A stretch of DNA of 64,000 nt from Chrysomallon squamiferum (taxonomy: Eukaryota > Animalia > Mollusca). The first letter of the stretch is position 1, and each line of letters starts with the position of its first letter. This document shows positions 54,998 to 64,000 of the stretch, piece by piece. A program made the translations under genes and the position numbers. Under the pieces are notes generated by a model. That model ran no database searches and was not told the DNA's origin. It saw only the letters and a program-made list of their open reading frames with translations. The stretch spans positions 124,001 through 188,000 of the forward strand of contig CM022676.1 of the NCBI GenBank assembly GCA_012295275.1, read 5' to 3'.

Positions 54998-55055
54998 TGG
55001 ATGGAAACTGAGGGTCTTGGGCAGCAGTGAAAAGTGAAGATTGCAGCGCGCCTAC
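54998..55055 (+). pseudogene. Broken TSP1 exon (VDGN*GSWAAVKSEDCSA)
   Basis: tctgcag acceptor; the conserved Trp codon is changed to TGA; truncated. Confidence 0.6.
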
Positions 55056-55518
55056 AAATACTGACAGATACGTAGACAGACAGATAGAGAGGTAGGTAGT
55101 TCGTCAGAGTTGGTAGTATACCGAAAGCCACATCCAACTATACTGATTGTTATGTACACATGCGTACTGATAACTGTTTCAGATGTTTTGTGTAAGTCTG
55201 TTTTCTGCCTAAGACAGTATACTTTTAACTGAGTATATGATATGTTTTTCTCTGTGTGTATGAATGTATTGCTATTTTTTGTATGCTATGTATATATGTA
55301 GCTGTATGTATGTATGAAGGTATGTATGCATGTATGTAGGTAGGTATGTAGGCAGGTATGCATAGGTGATATGTTTGTATGTTTGTGCATATGTTTGTAT
55401 TTAGATGTGTATGTAAGTATGTATACGTGTAAATGTATGTAGTAGGTAGGTAGGTATTCGTGGGTGTAACTAGGTTTGTGGATGATGCAAGACTTACGTA
55501 TAAAATGTTACGTTGCAG

Positions 55519-55663
55519 TGGACGGTGGTTGGAGTGAGTGGAAAAAGTTAGACTACGTGGGGCAGTGCACTGTTACCTGTGCCCAGGGGTGCCGGGCTGA
55601 AATGTCCTGGAAGTCACGTGATCAGTGTGGCAGAGATTTGTAACACAAATATTACTTGTTCAG
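55519..55663 (+). pseudogene. Frameshifted TSP1 exon (VDGGWSEW...CTVTC / GLKCPG...EICNTNITCS)
   Basis: The two halves lie in different frames and the central RxRxC segment is deleted; AG/GT borders are retained. Confidence 0.75.
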
Positions 55664-56153
55664 GTGCTGAGTCTCTTTATTTATTCATCTGAGTAGAAAA
55701 TATCAAAATAGAGAATGCAGGTTAAAAAGCAACAAAGTCGTAAAACTGTTGGTTATTTTTGTATTTCTTTCACTTTCATTGTCATATTCTAAGATAATTC
55801 AAATCTGGTTATATTTAAGAAGTAAGAAATTCAATGTGACGTTTTATAATTTGTCACCATTTCCCAGTCTAAGTAGATTAGAAGTAGCTGAAGTGACTTT
55901 CTTCTTCAGTGTCATTATTTTACTAAAACAACGTTTTGCACAATATGATGATTAATACACACACACTTACATATATATATATACATACATTCTCAGAAAC
56001 ACACACACATACAGACCTTGGAACAAACATCTCCACACACTGAGTAAAGAGGACTGGGCTGGACACTCCAAATATCAGTGTATGTTTAAATATTTGCTTG
56101 TGGAATGCTGTCTCAGTAAATAAAGATTGTAATTTGTCTTGATCATCTGCCAG

Positions 56154-56345
56154 TTAATGGTGGCTGGGGTCAGTGGAAAAACATGAGTTTCAGCAGCTGC
56201 AACACATCGTGTGAAACTGGGGTGATGACGATACTCCAGACTCGAGACTGCGACAGTCCCAGTCCTGCTCTGGGCGGACGACCGTGCCGAAGAAGCAGGA
56301 ACCAAACGACTGTAGATGTGTGCAACCAACACATACCTTGTGCAG
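56154..56345 (+). CDS. Intact thrombospondin type-1 (TSP1) repeat exon
   Basis: VNGGWGQW...CNTSCETG...QTRDCDSPSPALGGRPC...CNQHIPCA; phase 1-1; 192 nt. Confidence 0.82.
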
Positions 56346-56574
56346 GTAAACCGAGAAGAAGGTGACAGAAAAATAAACAACTTTTCTGAGTAACTGTTAC
56401 ATACAGTTTGCAGAGAAGTACGTACAGGAAAATAAAAGGTTGTCAGAATTGACAAGCACACCAGAACCAAGACATGTTGACAGTATACAGATATGTTAGA
56501 GAGATGACGTATACTTACAGTTTACATGTCATGTTACTAACAACTGAATTGCTAATATTAAGTAAAGAAAAATC

Positions 56575-56808
56575 TGGAGAAATGTCACAGACAAGTAAAG
56601 TTTAGAGAAATTTCACAGATAAGTATAGTTTAGAGAAATGTCATAAATAAGAAAAGTTTAGAGAAATGTCATAGATAAGTAGAGTTTAGAGAATTATCAC
56701 AGATAAGTAGAGTTTAGAGAAATGTCAAAGATAACTAAAATTTTGAGAAATGTCAGAGATAAGTAGAGTATAGAGAAATGTCACAGATAAGTGAAGTTTA
56801 GAGAAATG
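56575..56808. repeat. 28-bp intronic minisatellite (agagaaatgtcacagataagtagagttt), about 8 copies
   Basis: Period 28 (56632 to 56660). Confidence 0.9.
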
Positions 56809-56866
56809 AAGCCTTATTAATATTAATGTTTATTTGGTTTATTTGAAACAAATATTGTCTCTGCAG

Positions 56867-57034
56867 TGAATGGACAGTGGTCAACATGGTATCGGCTCGT
56901 TGTCGGCCAGTGTGTCAACTGTGTACGGATTGTGACGTTAGGCAGGAACTGTACAAACCCAGTCCCCGTGGGGTCGGGATTTCCATGCAGCGTATACTAT
57001 TCCAGTGAGACGACAGAGTCGTGTAACTGTAATG
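56867..57034 (+). CDS. Open, shortened TSP1 repeat exon
   Basis: VNGQWSTW...QCVNC...RNCTNPVPVGSGFPC...ESCNCN; phase 1-1; 168 nt; donor gttagt. Confidence 0.78.
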
Positions 57035-57035
57035 G

Positions 57036-60000
57036 TTAGTGTTGATAATAATGACTTATAGTGACGTCAGTGTTGATAGTAATGAAATGCAGTGACGTCA
57101 GTGTTGCTAATTATGACATGTAGTGACGTCAGTGTTGCTAATAATGCCTTGTAGTGACGACAGTCTTGCAAATAGTTACTTGTAGTGACGTCAGTGTTGA
57201 TAACAATGACATGTTTTAAGTCAGTGTTGCTAACAATGACGTACTGACGTCAGTGTTGCTAATAATGACTTGTAGTGACGTCAGTGTTGCAAATGAGGAA
57301 GAGTAGAGACATCAGTGTTGCTAATAATTATATGTAGTGACGTCAGTGATGCTAATAATGACTTGTAGTGACGTCAATGTTGCTATTAATGACTAGTAGT
57401 TACGTCAGTTTTGCTAATAATGAGGTACTGACGTCAATGTTCACAATAATCACTGATAGTGAAGTCAATGTTGCTAATAACGACTTCTAGTGACGTCAGT
57501 GTTGCTAATGAGGTCTTGTAATAATGTCAGACTTGCTAATGAGCACTACTAGTGACGTCAGTGTTGCTAATAATGACTTAAAGTGACGTCATCGTTGCTA
57601 ACTATGACATGGATTAATTCAGTGTTGCTAGTAATGACTTGTAGTGACATCGGTGTTGCTAATGACTTGTACTGACTTCAGTTTTGCTAATAATGATCGG
57701 TAATGAAGTGAGAGTTGCTAATGAGGACTAGTAGTTACGTCAGTGTTGCTAATAATGACTTGTAGTGACGGTGCTGTTGCTAAAAATGATATATAGTGAC
57801 ATCAGTTTTGCTAATAATGATCGGTAATGAAGTCAGTGTTGCTAATAATGACATGTAGTGATGTCAGTGTTGCTAATAATGACTTATAGTTATATCAGTT
57901 TTGCTAATGATGACTTGTAGTGACAGTGGTGTTGCTAATAATGACTTGAAGGGACGTCAGTGTTGTTAATAATGACTTGTACTGAGGTCATAACAAAGGT
58001 CAAAAGGTCAGTGTACCCCAATATTCTTCAATCCTTGTCATATTGCCTTTTCAACAATACCAATTTTAGGAAGATTGTTCGGGTTTAAAAATAATTTTTT
58101 CGCTGTTTTCACACAGAATGACCCCTTGCAGCGATGTCAGATTTCCTAATAATGACATGAAATGACGCCATTGTTACTAACAATGACATGTATTAAGTCA
58201 GTGTTGCTAGTAATGAATTGTAATGAAGTCATAACAAAGGTCAAAAACGTCAGTGTACCCTGTCATTCTTCAATACTTATCATCTTGCTTTTTCAACATT
58301 ATCAATTTTATGAAGATTGTTCGGGTTTATAAATTTATGTTTTCGATCTTCTGAAAAGGAATGACCCCTAGAACTGATGTCAGGTTTGATAATAATGACT
58401 TGTAGTGACGTCTGTGTTGATAATAATGACTTGTAGTGATATCCATCTTGCTAATAATGACATGTAGTGACGTCAATGTTGCTAATGATGACTTGTAGTG
58501 ACGTCAGCGTTCCTAATCATAACTTGTAGTGACGTCAATGTTACTAATAACTGCTTGTGGTGACGTCAGTGTTGCTAATGATGACTTGTAGTGCGGTCAG
58601 TGTTGCTTATAATCACCTGTGTGACGTCAGTGTTGCTAATAATGACTTGTACTGACGTCAGTGTTGCCAATAAGGTATACTAGTGACGTAAGTGTTGCTA
58701 TTAATGACGTGTTGTGACGTCAGTGTTGCAGAGGTGGACTATTAGTGACGTCGGTGTTACTAATAATGATATATAGTGACGTCAGTGTTCCTAATGAGGA
58801 TTAGTAGTGACGTCAGTGTTGCTAATAATGACTTTTAGTGACGTCAATGTTCCTAATAATGACTTGTAGCGACGTCAGTGTTCCTAACAATCACATTTGT
58901 TAACTCAGTATTCCTAGTAATGACTTGTACTGACGTCGGTGTTGCTAATGTTGACTTGCAGTGACGTCAATGTTGCTAATGATGACTTGTAGTAATGCTA
59001 GCATTGCTAATCATATCTTGTATTGACGTCAGTGTTGCTAATGATGACTTGTAGTGACGTCAACATAGCTAATAATGATTTGTACTGACGTCAGTGTTGC
59101 TAATGATGATATGTAGTGACGTCAATGTTTCTACTAATGACTTGTACTGACGTCAGCGTTGCTAATCATAACTTCTAGTGACGTCAATATTGCTAATAAT
59201 GACTTGTACTGACGTCAGTGTTGCTAATGATATGTAGTGACGTCAATGTTTCTACTAATGACTTCCACTGAGGTCAGCGTTGCTAATCATAACTTGTAGT
59301 GACGTCAATGTTACTAATGACTGATTGTGGTGACGTCAGTGTTGCTAATAATGGCTTGCAGTGACGTCATCGTTGCTAAGAATTACATGTATTAAGTCAG
59401 TGTTGCTAATAATAACTTATAGTGACGTCATTGTTCCTAATAATGACTTGTACTGACGTCAGTGTTGTTAATGACGACCAGTTGTGACTTATTATAACGT
59501 CATGTAACCAATAAGGACTAGTAGTGACGCTATTAATGACGTTTTGTGACGTCAGTGTTGCACAGGAGGACTATTAGTGACGTCGGTGTTACTAATAATG
59601 ATATATAGTGACGTCAGTGTTTCTAATAATGATTTGTAATGACGTCAGTGTTCCTAATGAGGAGTAGTAGTGACGTTAGTGTTGCTAATAATGACTCGTA
59701 GTGACGTCAATGTTGCTAATGATGACTTGTACAGGCGTAAGTGTTGCTTATGATGATATATATAGTGACGTCAGTGTTGCTTATAATAACTGGTAGTGAC
59801 GTCAGTGTTGCTCATAATGACTGGTACTGAGGTCAGTGTTGCTAATGACGACCAGTAGTGACTTCTAAAGACGTCAGTGTTGAAATAAGGACTATTATTA
59901 GCAAATTGCTAATAATGATGTTCAGTGACGTCAATGTTGCTAGTTATGACTTGTAGTGACGTCAGCGTTGCTAATCATAACTTGTAGTGACGTCAGTGTT

Positions 60001-60903
60001 GCTGATGATGACTTGTCGCGATGTCAATATTACTAATGATGACTTGTTGTGACGTCACTGTTGCTTATAATAACTTGTACTGACGCCAGTGTTACTTATG
60101 ACGACTAGTACTGACGTATTATGACGTCAGTGTTGCTATTACGGACTGGTAGTGACGTCAGATTTCCTAATAATGACGTGTAGTCACGTCAGTTTTTGTA
60201 ATGAGGACTAGTAGTGACGTCAGTGTTGCTATTAATGAGGTATAGTGATATCAGTGTTGCTAATGATGACTTGTACTGACGGTGTTGTTGCCAATGAGGA
60301 CTAGTAGTGACGTCATTGTTGCTGATGAGCACTAGTAGTGATGTCAATGTTGCTAATGAGGCCTAGTAGTGACTTCAGTGTTGCTAATAATGACTTGTAC
60401 TGACGTCATTGTTGCTTATAATGACTTGTAGTGACGTCAGTGTTGCTAATAATGACTTAAAATGACGTCGTCGTTGCTAACTATGACATGTATTAATTCA
60501 GTGTTGCTAGTAATGACTTGTAGTGACATCGGTGTTGCTAATAATGACTTGTACTGACTTCAGTTTTGCTAATAATGACTTGTAGTCACGTCAGTGTTTC
60601 TAACAAGGACTAGTAGTTACGTCAGTGTTGCTATTAATGACTTGTAGTGATGTCAGTGTTGCTGATGAGGGCTAGTACTAACGTCACTGCTGGTAATAAT
60701 GATATGTAATGACATCAGTGTTGCTGATAATGACAGGTAGTGACGTCATTGTTGCTAATAATGAAATGTTAGATAAATGTAGTTAACGATGAGGTCTGTT
60801 CTAAATAATTTCCTAGATGCGGATATAGCAGAACGAGCTGTAGTGATTTGTAATGACGTCCGAGTTGCTAATGAGGACTAATAGTGACGTCAGTGTTGCT
60901 AAT
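57036..60903. repeat. 31-bp minisatellite (tgacttgtagtgacgtcagtgttgctaataa), on the order of 110 diverged copies, CRE-containing
   Basis: Direct reading; TGACGTCA is in the consensus. Confidence 0.95.
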
Positions 60904-61026
60904 ATCGCGCGTCAATCTATGTTTCTTGCATACCGGTAATTTTCCTCTTTTTGAAGCCATCTGGCACACAGGTTTTCTTGCTTTTTTTAATGATTATCAT
61001 GATGCTTATGTGGCTTAATGACCTGC

Positions 61027-61151
<125 letters not shown>

Positions 61152-61783
61152 CAGATAGCAGAACATATTTAAATTATGACACAAAACGTGGCATCGTCGT
61201 CCTCCTGTGCTTTCAAATCAGTTCCACCCTATTATCCATTTTATATTGCCACGTATCATTAACGATAATAATAATGGACTTGGTACCATATCTCCTTCCA
61301 TCTCACATGACAACACAGAGACACAGTGACGTCCTTGTGTTGCTAATGTCATTTTATCCTTTTGTGACAATGACTATAGTTTGAAATTGATCTGAATTAC
61401 TAAGTCATAGTTTTTCTGTCAACCAACATATAGAAATATAAAATTCATAACAATATATCATAGGAATTCAAAGTATTTTATTAATTAGAGTTGAATACAG
61501 TACTGTTCTGTGATCTTGGAAAACCTTCTTCACTTTCACACTTTTTAAATATTTCTTTCTAAACATCTGAAATATATTTTATGCAAAATATATGCAGGAA
61601 GTTGAAAATGTTAGCATGCATCTCCAAACTATTAGTGTTATAAAGTTATTTTTGTTGTTGCTGGTGTGTTGTTGTTGTTGTTTTGTGTGTTGTTTTTTTT
61701 GTTTATATATATGTGTGTGTGTATATATGTGTGTGTGTATATATATATTCAGAAATCTTAGTATTTTATATTTTATATTTTAT

Positions 61784-64000
61784 TAGTACCACTCTTTGTT
61801 CTGTTTCCTTAGATTTTTCTTTTCTTTTCTTATTCATCTTTGTTCATTCTTTAAGCTGTTTCAATATTTTCTTTCTTTCTTTCTTTCATTCTTTCTTTTC
61901 TATCTTTCTTTCTTTCTTTTTTTTCTCTCTTTTCCATCTTTTCTTTCCTATCTTTCATTCCATCCTTCCTTCTTTTTTCTACGTGTTACCATTTCTTTAT
62001 TATTTATTTATGAAATACTTTAATCAGTTTAAACACTCTGCCCTCACTGATTATTTAGTCGAGCTTTTGTATTCGAGTTTTCTATCTTATTTTCTTAATA
62101 CCAGTGAACACATCTCACATAAGGGAGGCCACTCTAAATATACCAGTGAACACATCTCACATAGGGGAGGTGACTCTAAATACCAGTGAACACATCTCAC
62201 ATAAGGGAGGCAACTCTAAGTATACCAGTGAACACATCTCACATAGGGGAGGCGACTCTAAATACCAGTGAACACCTCTCACATAGGGAAAGTAACTCTA
62301 AATATAGAAGTGAACACTTCTCGCATAAGGGAGGCGATTCTAAATATATCAGTGAACATATTTCGCATAAGCTTTTATTTATTTATTTTTTCTTCAGTCA
62401 GTCAGTATTCTCTGTTTTCTTTCTCAGTAATCAAATGAATTTGGTACGGAAATACTTATCCTGATAACCAATGCAGTCCACATACAATTTTATATTTTAT
62501 TATCAATAAAATCTGAAAAGAATGCTGCGTTTAAATAGTACCACTCTTTGTTCTGTTTCCTTAGATTTTTCTTTTCTTTTCTTATTCATTTTTGTTCATT
62601 CTTTAAGCTGTTTCAATACTTTCTTTCTTTCTTTCTTTGCTTCTTTCTTTTCTATCTTTCTTTCTTTCTTTCTCTCTTTTCCATCTTTTATTTCCTATCT
62701 TTCATTCCATCCTTCCTTCTTTTTTCTACGTGTTACCATTTCTTTATTATTTATTTATGAAATACTTTAATCAGTTTAAACACTCTGCTCTCACTGATTA
62801 TTTAGTCTAGCTTTTGTATTCGAGTTTTCTATCTTATTTTCTTAATACCAGTGAACACATCTCACATAAGGGAGGCCACTCTAAATATACCAGTGAACAC
62901 ATCTCACATAGGGGAGGTGACTCTAAATACCAGTGAACACATCTCACATAAGGGAGGCACCTCTATGTATACCAGTGAACACATCTCACATAGGGAAAGT
63001 AACTCGAAATATATCAGTGAACATATTTCGCATAAGCTTTTATTTATTTATTTTTTCTTCAGTCAGTCAGTATTCTCTGTTTTCTTTCTCAGTAATCAAA
63101 TGAATTTGGTATGGAAATTCTTATCCTGATAATCAATGCAGTCCGCATACCATTTTATATTTTATTATCTATAAAATCTGAAAAGAATGCTGCGTTTAAA
63201 TAGTACCACTCTTTGTTCTGTTTCCTTAGATTTTTCTTTTCTTTTCTTATTCATTTTTGTTCATTCTTTAAGCTGTTTCAATACTTTCTTTCTTTCTTTC
63301 TTTCCTTCTTTCTTTTCTATCTTTCTTTCTTTCTTTTTTCTCTGTCTTTTCCATTTTTTATTTCCTATCTTTCATTCCATCCTTCCTTCTTTTTTCTACC
63401 TGTTACCATTTCTTTATTATTTATTTATGAAAAACTTTAATCAGTTTAAACACTCTGCTCTCACTGATTATTTAGTCGAGCTTTTGTATTCGAGTTTTCT
63501 ATCTTATTTTCTTAATACCAGTGAACACATCTCACATAAGGGAGGCCACTCTAAATATACCAGTGAACACATCTCACATAGGGGAGGTGACTCTAAATAC
63601 CAGTGAACACATCTCACATAAGGGAGGCAACTCTAAGTATACCAGTGAACACATCTCACATAGGGGAGGCGACTCTAAATACCAGTGAACACCTCTCACA
63701 TAGGGAAAGTAACTCTAAATATAGAAGTGAACACTTCTCGCATAAGGGAGGCGATTCTAAATATATCAGTGAACATATTTCGCATAAGCTTTTATTTATT
63801 TATTTTCTCTTCAGTCAGTCAGTATTCTCTGTTTTCTTTCTCAGTAATCAAATGAATTTAGATTGGAAATTCTTATCCTGATAATCAATGCAGTCCGCAT
63901 ACCATTTTATATTTTATTATCAACAAAATCTGAAAAGAATGCTGCGTTTAAATAGTACCACTCTTTGTTCTGTTTCCTTAGATTTTTCTTTTCTTTTCTT
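61784..64000. repeat. Tandem repeat with 752/665/752-bp units containing a pyrimidine tract and 40-43-bp subrepeats
   Basis: Unit starts (tagtaccactctttg) at 61784, 62536, 63201, 63953; 7, 5 and 7 subrepeats of ccagtgaacacatctcacataagggagg. Confidence 0.92.

Noticed and set aside
61592-63881. Phe/Ser/Leu-rich and TSHI-repeat ORFs
   Set aside because: Products of pyrimidine tracts and tandem subrepeats; subrepeat lengths of 40-43 bp do not keep frame.

Overview
AT-rich, intron-containing metazoan genomic DNA. A mollusc-like lophotrochozoan is inferred from the repeat and domain repertoire but not proven. There is a 200-N scaffold gap at 27487-27686, and no rRNA, tRNA, CRISPR or operon signal. 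Left half: a + strand gene reconstructed by hand from GT-AG exons (3847-15793, about 711 aa) encodes signal peptide, group-A SRCR, Ig-like, four near-identical FN3 domains, a TM helix and a tyrosine-motif tail, i.e. a candidate immune/recognition receptor. It faces a convergent, partly deleted paralogue on the - strand (27095-22998) with two SRCR domains. An internally deleted I/Nimb-like LINE and a small MITE lie in or near the first gene. Right half: an array of about 17 exon-like cassettes (27.7-33.2 kb); a 21-kb composite satellite built from a 101-bp dyad-symmetric monomer with a fold-back inversion; four TSP1 exons (two broken, two open); a 3.9-kb 31-bp minisatellite carrying dozens of perfect CRE (TGACGTCA) palindromes; and a 752/665-bp tandem repeat related to the 101-mer. 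All gene models are manual and lack transcript evidence.
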